NCBI GenBank assembly: GCA_976551045.1
Contig: CDPCPM010000107.1
Location: 5,642,001-5,706,000 of the forward strand
Source: Glaucostegus cemiculus
Lineage: Eukaryota
Direction: 5' to 3'
DNA: 64,000 bases
The notes beneath the pieces are model-generated. The model was given only the letters and a program-made list of their open reading frames with translations, was not told the origin of the DNA and made no database searches. A program made the position numbers and the translations under genes. Below, in pieces: positions 37,901-49,880 of the stretch; position 1 is the first letter of the stretch; each line of letters begins with the position of its first letter.

Positions 37901-38444
37901 CTTGAGCATTGTCATGAGATATTAAACTGTGGCCCTATTTGTTTTCTCGTGCAAATGTAAAGTATCCTGTCAGACAATTTAAAGAAGAGCAGAAACCTGA
38001 CTCATCTGCCACAGCCATATATTTATTTCTTAACCAATTTACAAAAACAAAGGGTAATCTAGTCATTATCATGTTGCTGCTTGTGAGGCCTTGCTGGGAA
38101 CAATTTGGTGCTCAACAGACAGCGCCACCCCCTTTCCACCCAAATTAAAAATCAGGGCTAACAGTTTAACTCTTATGTTTAATCAATTACTATTACGTAA
38201 GGTTTCCTACATTTCTTGCTTAACTTTTTTCGGGGTAACTTGCAGCCCTCGCTCAGGTGGCTAAGTGCCTCACTGGTCCAGGGACCCAGGCTGGGCCTGG
38301 ACCTGGTTTGTGAAAAACAGAAGTTTTTTTTTCTAGAAAACCTGAAGTTTTAACTCCACGTGTACGATTATCTTTCTGAACAAATTCTGAGTGACATGTC
38401 TGGCTCACTGTCAATTATGGAGAATTCCAGTGTCAGTGATAATA

Positions 38445-39040
38445 ATTCAGATTAGATTATTGTAGTATACACTAGGATGCAATGGAATTCCTTGCTCGCC
38501 TGAAACTCACAGGGTAAATAGAGTACATGGTAATAATAAATGTAACAATAAATACAGTGATACCAACAGAATGGTGTAAAGATTGTAGTGCAGTCTGAAG
38601 TAGTGCAAAAAGAAATGCTCAAGTGACAATAACCGAGAGAGGTAGAATTAAGAGTTCGAGAAAGTGACAGGGATGCGATTAGTTCAGAAGTCTGATAGCA
38701 GTGGGAAAGAAGCTGTTCTTAAGTCTGGTCATCTGGGCTTTCAAGCTCCTGTATCTTCTCCCAGAAGGTAGAAGAAAGAAAGGGAATGGCCATGAATGGC
38801 AGCCATCCTTGGTGATACCATTAGCCTTCTAGAAGCAATGCACCATGAAGGTGGACTGGATGGAGGGAAGTGCTGAGCCTGTGATGGACTGAGCAGTGTT
38901 TACCACTCTCTGCAGGTTCTGTTGATCCAGAGCAGAGTGGTTGCCATGTCAAACTGAGATACAACCCATCAGGATACTTTCTACAGCACATCTGTGGAAG
39001 TTTGAGAGAATCCTCGTGGACAAGCAGAATCTTCTCAAAC
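38445..39040 (-). mobile_element. Rex1/Babar 3' portion
   Basis: FHRCAVESILMGCI..WHGNHSA..LQRVVNTAQSI read in a shifted frame; TCAGATTAGATT tail. Confidence 0.75.
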
Positions 39041-39059
39041 ACCTATGTTAATATGATGT

Positions 39060-39760
39060 TGTATTTGGCCACATAGTCATGGGTATACAGGGAGTAGGAC
39101 AGGGGTCTGAGCACACAACACTGGTGAGCACCGGTGTTGATATTGGTATATTATTGTCACTTGTACTGAGGTACAGTGAAAAGCTTGTCTTACAAACCAA
39201 TCGTACAGGTCAATTCATTACACAGTGCAATTACATTGAGTCAGTACAGAGTGCATTGATGTAGTACAGGTAAAAACAGTAACAGTACAGAGTAAAATGT
39301 CACAGCTACAGAGAAAGTGCAGTGCAATAAGATGCAGAGTCACAACAAGGTAGATCATGAGGTTATAGTCCATCTCATTGTATAAGGGAATCATTCAATA
39401 GCCTTATCACGGTGGGGTAGAAGCTGTCCTTAAGTCTGGTGGTAGGTGCCCTCAGTCTCCTGTATGTTCTACCCGATGGAAGAGGAGAGAAGAGAGAAGG
39501 TCCTGGGTGTTGAGGGTCAGGCTGGATGAAATGTAATGACTAATTCTAACTGACTGAGATCTGCCAGTCAGGAAGTCTAGAAGCCAATTGCAGATGGGGG
39601 CCCCTCCCAAGATCTAAGAGTTTAGAGATGAGCTTCTTTAGTATTAAGCAGCTGAAGGATAAGCTGTAATCAATGATTGGCATCCTGCCATATTTATTCT
39701 TATTGTCAAGATGATCCAGAGCTGAATATAGTGCAAGGGAGGTGGCATCCTCCATAGAGA
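39060..39760 (-). mobile_element. Older Rex1/Babar RT fragment with a nested younger Rex tail (39141-39505)
   Basis: EDATSLALYSALDHLDNKNKYGRM.IIDYS; nested piece flanked by GGTGTTGA duplication (39133-39140 and 39506-39513). Confidence 0.82.
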
Positions 39761-39869
39761 AGAATGGCAGAGATTACTGGAGGGTTCCAGTCCAGGAGAA
39801 GGTGGCAACTTTGCTTAGGGAGGGAGCCAGAACAAAAGTTTTGAGGACAAACCTTCCCTTCTCCCTCCA

Positions 39870-40110
39870 TGGATCAACACAGCAAGTAGGGCTTCTATCT
39901 CACAGCACCAGCGGCCCAGTTCAATCGATGCTGTCGGTGTGAAGTTTGCACCTTCCCCTTGTAACCACATGGATTTCTTGTGGGTGCTCTGGTTTCCCCC
40001 CCTATCCCTAAGGTGCACTGGTTGTTAGGCAAGGCATGTAGGAAAATAGCTGGGAAATGGGATTTGCTGTGTGAGCAGGCAGACACTCAATAGGCCAAAT
40101 GGCCTTCTAC
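39870..40110 (+). mobile_element. V-SINE
   Basis: tRNA-like head and V-domain GTGTGAAGTTTGCACCTTCCCCTTGT..GGGTGCTCTGGTTTCC. Confidence 0.7.
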
Positions 40111-40114
40111 ATTC

Positions 40115-40776
40115 CAAAAAATATGAAACCAGCCCTCTCCACCTCTGCAGTGAAATTGGAGATCACTCACAAATCACCACATAAGTAGGCTTCAATTAAC
40201 AACAGACCTGAACACAATGAACAACAAAAGCAGATGGATGAATCCAAGTACTACTGCAACATCACTGTCATAGATCTGACATTAAGACCATTATAAACAA
40301 ATAATATTCAACATGTTTATATCTGAGACTCAATGTAGAAACAATTGACTCTAAAACAATAAGGCAATGTCCCCTAGAGATTAACAAAAGGTCAAGTTAT
40401 TTTCTTTGGTAGATTTTCCATTTTCCTTGTTTCTTGCATCTGTCTCTGTTTATTTTATGAAGCTGTCTGTTGTGACCTACTGGCAGTACCACAGGGATCA
40501 GTTGTTCATTATTTCCAGCAATATTTTATGCAAGCACATCATAATTTAACTGAAAATAGGAATTAGCAAAACCTTCCGAATAAATTTATCAGATTAATAA
40601 CATATGATAATCAGGGGAAATCTTCCCCTAACAGTACCATACAAAAAAAAATGAAACCAGCCCTCACCACCTCTGCAGTGAAATTGGAGATCACTCACAA
40701 ATCATCACACAAATAGCCTTCAATTAACAGCAGACCTGAGCACAATGAACAACAAAAGTGGATGGATGAATCAAGT
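40115..40776 (+). repeat. Direct repeat of about 135 bp (40115-40249 and 40642-40776)
   Basis: Both copies read ATGAAACCAGCCCTC.CCACCTCTGCAGTGAAATTGGAGATCACTCACAAATCA...GATGGATGAATC, with about 10 differences. Confidence 0.95.
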
Positions 40777-40884
40777 CATTCATTCACTTCCATTATATTT
40801 TCCTAACTTGTTCATTTATTGATGATTAGATTCACACCATTTAAGCTTATTAAGTGATCTGTTTCACAGCAAGTTTCTGGTTGT

Positions 40885-41510
40885 GTGAGCAAATTCAAGT
40901 TCCTGGGTGTCAACATCTCAGAGGATCTATCCTGGGCCCAACACATTGACGGAATCATGGAGAAGTCACTGCAATGGCTCTGCTTCATTAGGAGTTTGAG
41001 GACATTCAGTATGTCACTAAGGACTTGTACAAATTTCTACTGCTATATGGTAGAATAGGATCTCAAGAATACCTATATGGCATTCTGACTGGTTGCATCG
41101 TCACCTGGTATAGAGGCTTCATTGCACAAGATTGCAAGAGACTACAGAAGGTTATAGACTTAGCCAGCTCTATCACAGGCACAGCACTCTTCAAGAAGCA
41201 GTGCTTCAAGAAGGCAGCATCTATCGCTAAGGACCCTCACCATCAGGGACATGCCCCCTTCCTCTTACTAACATCAGGAAAGAGGTGCAGGAGCCTGAAG
41301 ACCCACACTCAACGATTCAGGAACAGCATCTTTCCATCTGCCATCAGATTTCTGAACTGTCCATGTACTCTACCTCATTATTCCTTTTATTTTGCACTAT
41401 TTATTTCTGTAATGTATGGTAAATTTTATGTCTGTGTGCTGTACTGCTGCTACAAAACAACAAATTTCATATAATTTAACAGAATTAATCAATCTGATTC
41501 TGATAAATCT
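40885..41510 (+). mobile_element. Rex1/Babar 3' portion
   Basis: FKFLGVNISEDLSWAQH; ILTGCIVTWY; HTQRFRNSIFPSAIRFLN. Confidence 0.88.
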
Positions 41511-41574
41511 TTCAGCCTGATGATGATCAATCCTTGTATCCATTTGTTTGTCCAATCTTTACAGAGCCTTCATT

Positions 41575-43445
41575 AGGAGTCAGAGTGGTACAGCACAGAA
41601 CATACCCTCTGCCCACCAAGTCCATTCCAACATTTTTGCTCATCTAAACTAATCCTATTTGCGCGCATTAGATCTGTATCCTTCTAGGCCTTGCCTGTTC
41701 AAGTGCCTATCTAAATGTTTCTTAAGAGTAGTGATTGCATTCTGACTCCACACCTCCTCTGGCAGTGAGTTCCAAATATCAGCTACTCCAGATAACAATG
41801 TGTTTATAAACCTTCCTTCCAGATACCCTATAAAACTCTTCCCTCTCACCTTAAGATAACAGCTTCTTGTTTTTGACACCGCTGCCACTGGAAAAAGATT
41901 CTGCTTATCTACTCTCTTTATGACTCTTTTAATTATATACACTTCTAACAAGTCACTCTCAGCCTCCTTTGCTCCAGAGAAAACAAGTCTGGGCTATTCA
42001 GTATCTTCCCAAAATCTTCCAATCCAGGCAATATCCTGGTGAATCTCCACAGCACACTCTCCAGCCCGGTCACACCCTTCTTCTAGTGCAGTGACCAGAA
42101 CTGCACACAGCACTCAAAGTGCAATCTTACCAGCATTTGGTTAAGTTGGAACGTAAGCCTACAACTCCTATTTTCTTGGCCCTGACCTACAAAGACAAGC
42201 ATGCTATATGCCTTCTTCACCACCCTGTGCAACTGTGTTGCCACTTTTAAGGAATTATAGACTTGAACCTCAAGATTCCTCTGCTCATCATTACTCCTTA
42301 GCAGCCTACTATGCACTGTATATGTCCTCCCCCTATTTAACCTCCCAAAGTGCATCACCTCACATTTGTTGCAATTAAATTCCATCTGTCAGTGTTCCAT
42401 CCAACTTTTCATCTGATCTTTTTATCCTGACGAAGCCTTAGAAACCTTCGCTATCTATAACACAACTAACTTTTGTGTTAACCTGCAAACTTATCATATC
42501 TCACACCTTCACATCCACGTCATTAATATATTACAAATATAACAAGGGTCCCAGCACTGATCTCTGTGGTACACCACTTGTCACAGGCTTCCAATCAGAA
42601 AAGCATCCTTCCACCACTATCATCTGCTTCCTATCACCAAGCCAGTTTTGGGTCCAATCAGCCAGCCTGCCTTGAATTCCATTTACCCTAACCTTCCCAC
42701 CAGTCTGCCCAGCTATCTGCTCTCTTGCTTCTCTCAGCTATTCCCATTGGGATAGAGAAACAAAGGACTGCAGATGCTGGAACCTAGGTGAAAAACACTA
42801 TGATGCTGGAGGAACTCAGCAGGCCAGGCAGCATCCATGGAGAAAAGCAGGCGGTCAACACTTCGGGTCAGGACCCTTCCTCAGGACTGAAGATAGGAAA
42901 AGGGGAATCCCAATATATAGGAGGAAAAAGCAGAGCAGTGATAGGTGGACAAAAGAGGGGAGGAGGGGTGGGCACAAGGTGGTGATAGGTAGATGCAGGA
43001 AAGAGATACTGATAGGCAAGTGCAGGGGAGGAGGGGAAAGTAAATCCACCAGGGGATGGGTCAAAAGTAAGGAGAGAAAGGAAAATAAAAGGGTGGAAAG
43101 GATCTCATTCAGCCCTGGGAGTTTATCAACCCTTATAACATTTAACACTACCTCTACCTTCATTCTGACCTGCTCCAGTTTATCAACTTACCTCTCCCTG
43201 AACTCACCATCTTGCATGTCCTTCTCCTCCTCCTCGAGTGCAGAAAAGTAGCATTCATTTAGGATGTCGCCTACATTGCCTGACTCCACACACAGATTAC
43301 CCCTTTGGTCCAAAGAGGACCCATTCTTTTCCTGGTTATCCTCTTGCTCTTTATAAATTTATACAAAGTCTTCAGATTCTCCTTAACCTTACTTGCCAAG
43401 GATATTTTGTTGCCCCTTTTCAGCTGCTAATTTCTTTCTTATATT
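41575..43445 (-). mobile_element. CR1 LINE (RT to 3' tail), interrupted by a Penelope pseudo-LTR
   Basis: SGVPQRSVLGPLL; MEFNCNKCEVMHFG; LVRLHFECCVQFWS; 3' tail near 41580. Confidence 0.88.
42760..43085 (-). mobile_element. Penelope-like pseudo-LTR
   Basis: CTGCAGATGCTGGAA..GCTGGAGGAACTCAGCAGGCCAGGCAGCATCCATGGAG, homologous to the 36.3/37.2 kb arms. Confidence 0.82.
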
Positions 43446-43699
43446 CTCATTGCCACAGATATTGCAAGGAGTGACAGCTCAGGGAAAGCACCTGTGAATA
43501 TTCTGGATATGTCACACACTCCGGTCCTTTTCTTAGGAATAATATGATGGTACATTTTAAACAACTGCAATGCAGAAAATTCAGAATTAAAATAGCAGGC
43601 TCTAAACTGTCAGAGCAAATAATTCCTGTGATTATTTTCTCAGACTAGTTGTAAGAGCCTCACTAAAAGTATATGGAGAGCACTGCAGGAGACTTGTAA

Positions 43700-44650
43700 T
43701 GAGTAGGAACAGAGATAGGCCCCTCAGCCCTTCAAGCCTGCTCAATAAGGTCAGTGGTTAATCTGATTGTAATCTCAACTCCACACTGCTACCTACCCAC
43801 AGCAACCTTTCATCCCTATGTTTTCCAAAACCCTACCCAACTCTGCCTTAAAAATATTCAAAGACTTTGCTCCCACCACCGTTTGAGCAAGGGACCTCTG
43901 AAAGAAAAAAAATCACCTCAACTCTTGTTTTAAATAGTTGACTTTTTATTAATAGAACACTTCTAGATTCTCCTACAAGAGGAAATGTCCTCACCACATC
44001 CACCCTGACAAGACCTGATAGAATCTTATATGTTTTAATCAAATTGCCTCTCTCTCATCTAAGCACCAATGGATACATGCTTACCCATTCCTCATATGGC
44101 AGTCTGTTCATTTCAGGTGGTGAACCTTCTGTGACACACTTTCAATGCATTCCTAACCCACTTGTTTTAAACCATAGAACCATAGAACAATACAGCACAA
44201 AACAGGCCCTTCGGTCCACCAAGTTGTGCCGTCCTACAAACGTCACACAATCTAAGTCTTTCCTCCCACATATCCCACTACTCCACATTCTTCCATGTGC
44301 CTATCTAACAATCTCTTGAACTTGTCCAACGTATCTGCCTCTACCACCACCCCAGGCAGTGCATTCCATGTGCCAACCACTCTCTGGGTGAAAAACTTCC
44401 CTCTGACATCTCCCCTGAACTTTCCACCCAATATCTTAAAGCCATGCCCTCTCATCTTGTGCATCTGTGCTCTGGGAAAGGGGCGCTGGCTGTCAACTCT
44501 ATCTATTCCTCTCTATATCTTATACACCTATATCAAGTCCCTTCTCATCCTCCTCCTCTCCAACGAGTAAAGCCTTAGCACCTTAAGCCTCTCCTCATAT
44601 TCCATACCCTCTAATCCAGGCATCATCCTGGTAAATCGCCTCTGTACCCT
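43700..44650 (-). mobile_element. Two CR1 3' fragments: older 43700-44160, younger 44172-44650
   Basis: IKTYKILSGL.RVD; RGHGFKILGGKFRGDVRGKFFTQRVVGTWNALPGVVVEA; CCATAGAACCATAGAA tail. Confidence 0.88.
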
Positions 44651-45049
44651 AATCTTCAATAACCTTTCTTCAATAAAGTTTTCTTCAATAATCTCTGAGA
44701 TAGCACCTTAGCAAAAACATTTTGCTTTTAGGTTTGGTTATCAGAGGTTATTTTTGAATAACATAACAAAATGATTACAAGAGCAGAAGGCCGCATTAGC
44801 CTTCAAGTCTGCACTGGCATTCAATAAATCACAGGCAAATTCATTTGCAACTCATCTGCCCTACCTAGTCCTCGTCTCCCTTAATGTCCAAACATCTATT
44901 GATTTCAGCCTTAAATGTATTCAACATCTGAGCATGCACAGCCCGTTGGGGCTGGAGAATTCCAGAAATATTCCCTTCTGCTGCTTCCTCAATTAAAGCT
45001 TGCATTTAAACTTTAACTAGAAAATTGATCTTAGAAGGATTAAAGAAGC

Positions 45050-45380
45050 GTGAGATAAGTTGATCTCTAATTCATGGGCTGATCATACAACAATCAGCTG
45101 TTTGGAGTGAGGACCAATGTCTGTTTCTACACTGTTGCTATCTTAATAAGGATAGTGGCTTTTACCCAGCTGCCTTATATTGAGCTGCAGAAAGCAACTT
45201 CTCTTATCACAGTTTCCAGATCAGCCTGTGAACCTTCTGCTGTGATAAAGGGAGAGACATTTTGCAGTAGAAAAAACAGAAGCTGTTACATGGCTACCAG
45301 GCTCTGTGAATCCACATTAAAACAAGTTCAATGTTGAAAGTACTAATACAGGATGGCAGTCAGAGGAAGCCGATTATCTC
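45050..45380. promoter_or_regulatory. GATA / E-box cluster, candidate enhancer
   Basis: Four WGATAA-type sites, two CAGCTG, and a CTG-N7-TGATAA composite at 45203-45219 (minus). Confidence 0.35.
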
Positions 45381-45919
45381 CATGCTGCTCTGCTGTTCTA
45401 TTTTATTAGCTCACTGAACTTGAAAGAAAGCTCATAAGTACATGGTGCAATTAAAATTGACATCAACCTTTGAAAAATGTTATGTTATTATACAATGCCA
45501 AATAAGGCCACTTAGCCAGCATCAACTCTTTGACAAACCTGTCAAATTAGTGCCACTCTGCTTTTTCTCCATAATTCTGATTTTCTTTTCCTTTTCAGAT
45601 GATTCAAATTTCAAAACTCATTATTCCAGACATCAATTTCAAACGATAAATTTTGCTTTGTTAAAACAAAAAATCACCTCATCTCCTCTCCATTTCTGTT
45701 GGTGATTACTTTCAACGGATGTCTTACAGTTACCAACAGCCAGTGGAAATTGTTTCCCTTCATAAATATTCTTCAACATTGTAAACGCCTCTGCTAAGTC
45801 TCCCCCTGCCCCTTTCCACTCTGAAAATCAATTTGCAAATTCTACAGTCTCTCCATATGATTAAAGTTTTTTCCCCTTGGTATTTCCTTAAGCATTCCAG
45901 TTTAAAAACTATTAAGGCT

Positions 45920-47850
45920 TAGAATATAGAACATAGAACAGTACAGGCCCTTTGGCCCATGATGTTGTGACGACCTATATTAACCTTATTTCCATTCAAT
46001 CTATCCCCCTCTCTACTTCACCTCCCATAACCCTCTATTTTTATGTGCTTATCTAATAGTCTCTTGAATGACCCTACCACCACCCCGGCAGTGCATTCCA
46101 GGCACCCACCACTCTTTGATTAAAAAACCTACCTCTAACATCCCCCCTGAACTTTCCTCCACTCACCTTAAAATGGTGACCTCTAGTACTGGCTGTTACC
46201 AGCCTGGGGAAAAGATGCTGACTGTCCACTCTGTCTATGCCTCTCATAATCTAATATCCCTCTATTAAGTCTCCTCTCATCCTCTGTTGCTCCAAAGAGA
46301 AAAACCCTACCTTGCTTAACCTCTTCTCATAAAACATGCTCTCCAATCCAGGCAGCATCCTTATAAGTCTCCTCTGCACCCTCCCTGAAGCTTCCACATC
46401 CTTCCTATAATGTGGTGACCAGAACTGAACACAATATTCCAAGTGTGGTCCAACCAGAGTCTTACAGAGCGGCAACATTACCTCTCGACTCTTGAACACA
46501 GTCCCCCCGCTAATGAAGGCCAGCACACCATATGCCTTCTTAACCACCCTATCCACTTGTGCAGCAACTTTGAGGGATCTATGTAGTTGAACCCCAAAAT
46601 CTCTCCGTTTCTCCACACTGCTAAGAATCCTGCCATTAACCATGTACTCTGCCTTCGAATTCATTCTTCCAAAGTGTACTGCTTCACACTTCTCCAGATT
46701 GAACTCCATCTACCACTTCTCTGCCCAGCTCTGCATCCTGTCTAAATCCTGGTGCAACCTACGACAACCTTCTGCACGATCTACTACACTGCCAACCTTC
46801 ATGTCATCTGCAAACTTACCAACCCATCCTTCCAATTCTTCATTTAAGTCATTTATAAAGATCACAAAAAGCAGGGGTCCCAGAACAGATCCCTGCAGAA
46901 CACTGGTCACCAACCTCCAGGTTGAATACTCCCCTTTTACAACCTGGAGGCAAGCCAATTTCAAATCCACACAGCCAATTTTTCATGGATCCCATACCTC
47001 ATGACTTCCTGAATGAGACTACCATGGGGAACCTTGTCAAATGCCTTGCTAAAATCCATATATACCACATCCACCACACTACCTTCATCAATTTGTCTTG
47101 TCATTTTCTCAAAAAGTTCTATTAGGCTCACGAGGCACAACCTGTCCTTCACAAAGCCACGTTGATTATCCCTAATAAGGCTCTGCTTCTCTAAATGCTC
47201 ATAAATCCTGTCCCTAAGAATTCTCTCCAATAGTCTGCCTACAGCTGATGTAAGACTCACTGGTCTACAATTCCAGGGATTATCCCTCTTCCTTTTCTTG
47301 AACAACATTTGCCATCCTCCAGTACCACTCCTGTGGTCAGGGAGGACACAAAGATCATCGTTAATGCTCCAGCAATCTCTTCCCTCGCTTCCCATAGTAA
47401 CCTGGGGTATATCTATCGTAATGCTTTTTAGTAGCTCCAACACTGCTTCTTTCTTAACCTTGACATGCTCCAACACATATGCCTGTTCTACGCTAACCTC
47501 ACATTCATCTAAGTCCCTCTCCCTGGTGAACAATAAAGCAAAATATTCATTTAGGACCTGCCCTACCTCTTTTACCTCCTGACACATTTTCCCCTCCTTA
47601 TCCCCGAGCAGTCCTACCCTCACCCTATCCTCTTGTTTCTCACACACATGTAGAACACTTTAGGGTTTTCCTTAATATTACTGCCAAGGCCTTCTCATGT
47701 CCCCTTCTAGCTCTCCTCAGTCCCTTCTTAAGCTCCTTCCTGGCTACCTGATAATTCTCAAGACCCCTGTCTGATTTTTGCTTCTATAACCTTAAATATG
47801 CTTCCTTCTTCCTCTTGACTAAACCTTCCATCTCTCTTGTTAACCATATC
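45920..47850 (-). mobile_element. CR1 LINE, longest copy (about 1.9 kb, 5'-truncated)
   Basis: NCRPVSLTSAVGRLLE, DVVYMDFSKAFDKVPHG, QGSVLGPLLFVIFINDL, KFADDMK, HLEYCVQFWSPHYRKD, plus tail. Confidence 0.95.
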
Positions 47851-47984
47851 TTCCTTAATTTTCTATTCAATCACTACTTACTTCTAAAGGCAGTTATCCT
47901 ACATGACTGCTTAACACCCCAATCAATTGATGCCTTCAAGATCTGGGTATTTATAGTTCTAAATGACATAGAAAGCCTTTTGTC

Positions 47985-48300
47985 CCATGGAGTCTATGTC
48001 AGCTCTCAGAGCATTTCCATCAATCCCATTGCTCATTCATTTCCCTGCAACATATTCTCCCACACCTGTCCAATTCTCATCTCACCCACCAACACTAGGG
48101 CCACCTTACATTTGCAATTAACTTAGCAACCAGCAGGTTGATGAGGTAGACGTAAGGGGACACAGGATGAGGGAGGAAAACAGAATATTTGAGCACCGAG
48201 AGAACATGCAAACTTCATATACACAGCACCCGAAGTCAGAATCAAATCTAGATCATTGGAGCAGTGAGACAGCTGTGCTACCTGTATACCACTGTGACAG
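47985..48300 (-). mobile_element. V-SINE
   Basis: GAGAACATGCAAACTTCATATACACAGCACCCGAAGTCAG..TGGAGCAGTGAGACAGC (antisense V-domain and head). Confidence 0.72.
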
Positions 48301-48584
48301 CAATATGTGAACTCCTCGCTCAGCATACTACATTTCCCCTCCCTTTCAGACAGTCTTGCTCCTTCCATTCCCTTCAAAATGCATCACTTCTAATTTCTCT
48401 GTTAAATGTCACCTTACTTCTATCCATCTGTTAGAGCCTCTCACCTACTTCCATCCTCTTGACTGCTTTACCACATTTCCACATTCTTTGTTTTCCAGGT
48501 TTCAGAACAGCCTCCATATTGCACAGCAGTCCAGTATGCTTGGGAATGGACCTAAGGCCACAGTGGCTGTCACAGCCACCTATA

Positions 48585-48900
48585 CCCCTGATGAAGAGTT
48601 GCAGACCTGAAACATTAACAGTTTTTCTTTCCACAGCCGCTGCCTGGCTTGCTGATTTCAGTTGTTGTTCTGATAGTCTCATCTTGAAGGTATAGGGTAG
48701 CTGCAAGGAGATTAGAAGCAGGTGTCTCCTGAACTTGTTGATCCATTGCTTGTGCAACCGATTTTAAGGAGTCATCGGCAGTTTGTGTGTGGCTGGAAGC
48801 ACTTAACAGGTCAGGCAACATCTGTGGAAAGAGAAACAGACTTAACGTTTCAAGTCCTAGATGCTTAATCAAAATTGAGAGGGAGAGAAAAAAATTAGTT
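48585..48900. mobile_element. Pair of oppositely oriented Penelope pseudo-LTR fragments
   Basis: CTGATGAAGAG..CCTGAAACATTAAC..GCTGCCTGGCTTGCTGA (+) and GCTGGAAGCACTTAACAGGTCAGGCAACATCTGTGGAAAGAGAAACAG (-). Confidence 0.65.
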
Positions 48901-49432
48901 TTCAGTGTACAGAACAATAGGAAGAGGGTTATAGTACGGGAAATATCTCTGAAAGGGAGAGATCAAATGACTTAAAGTGCCAGTTAGAGCCCATTATGCT
49001 TCTTTGTTATATATTGCTAATAGTAGGCCTATGGGATATGTACAACAGACTAGACAATATTAATAGAAAGAGAAAAACTGAGCCAAAATGATGATAGGCA
49101 GAAATGACCAGTTCTGATGCCGACAGAGTGATCGAGTGAGTTAGCCAAAGTTGGAGAATTTGATATTGAACCTGGAAGATTGCAAAATGCCGGGGGTGTT
49201 GATGAGGTGTCATTCCTCAAGTTTGTGTGACTTCTATGTAGCCAATTTATACGGTTGGGTATATGAGGTAGTGTTCTGACATGCTGCTGTCTGAGTTATA
49301 TTTTCAGGGGCTGAGCTTTATATATTTATCTGTAAATCTGTGGCACACATTTAACCAGTTTAAGATTTGCCCAGATGATTGGGCATCAAGCTAAGTGAGT
49401 AGAAGTCAGGCCTGAAGCTAAAGTTCTGATTA

Positions 49433-49880
49433 CGGTGGCACAGTGGTGCAGCTGGTAGAGTAGCGACTGGGGTTCAATCCTTTCAGTGTGGAATTCCTAT
49501 GTTCTCAATGACTAGCATGGGCTTCCACCAGGTGCGGTGGTTTGTTCCCACTTGCCAAAGACATGCAGGTTGGTAGGTTATAGAGTCATAAAGTATTACA
49601 GCACAGAAACAAGCCCTTCGACCCATTTAGTGCATGCCGACCTGATCTTCTGCCCAGACCCATCTACCTGCACCCAGACCATATCCCTCCGAACTCCTCC
49701 TATCCATGCACCTATCCTTTGTCAAAGGTTAGTCAGCCACTGTAAATTGTTCCAGTGGTAGTGGTAAGATCTGGGAGGAAGCGATGGAAATGTAGGGGGA
49801 ATAAAATAGGATTAGGGTAAACAGGTGGTTAATGGTCAGCGTAGACTTTGTGGTCTGAAGGACCTGTTTCTATGTTGTCT
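49433..49880 (+). mobile_element. V-SINE split by an antisense CR1 tail (49581-49725)
   Basis: GGTGGCACAGTGGTGCAGCTGGTAG..GGTTCAATCC head; V-domain; AGGTTA duplicated at 49575-49580 and 49726-49731. Confidence 0.8.

Noticed and set aside
46961-47647. 228-aa ORF as a host gene
   Set aside because: Frameshifted CR1 ORF2 fragment.
48562-48579. Perfect palindrome GTGGCTGT-C-ACAGCCAC beside a hammerhead-like motif
   Set aside because: An 8-bp arm palindrome is expected occasionally by chance in 64 kb, and it is absent from the other pseudo-LTR copies.
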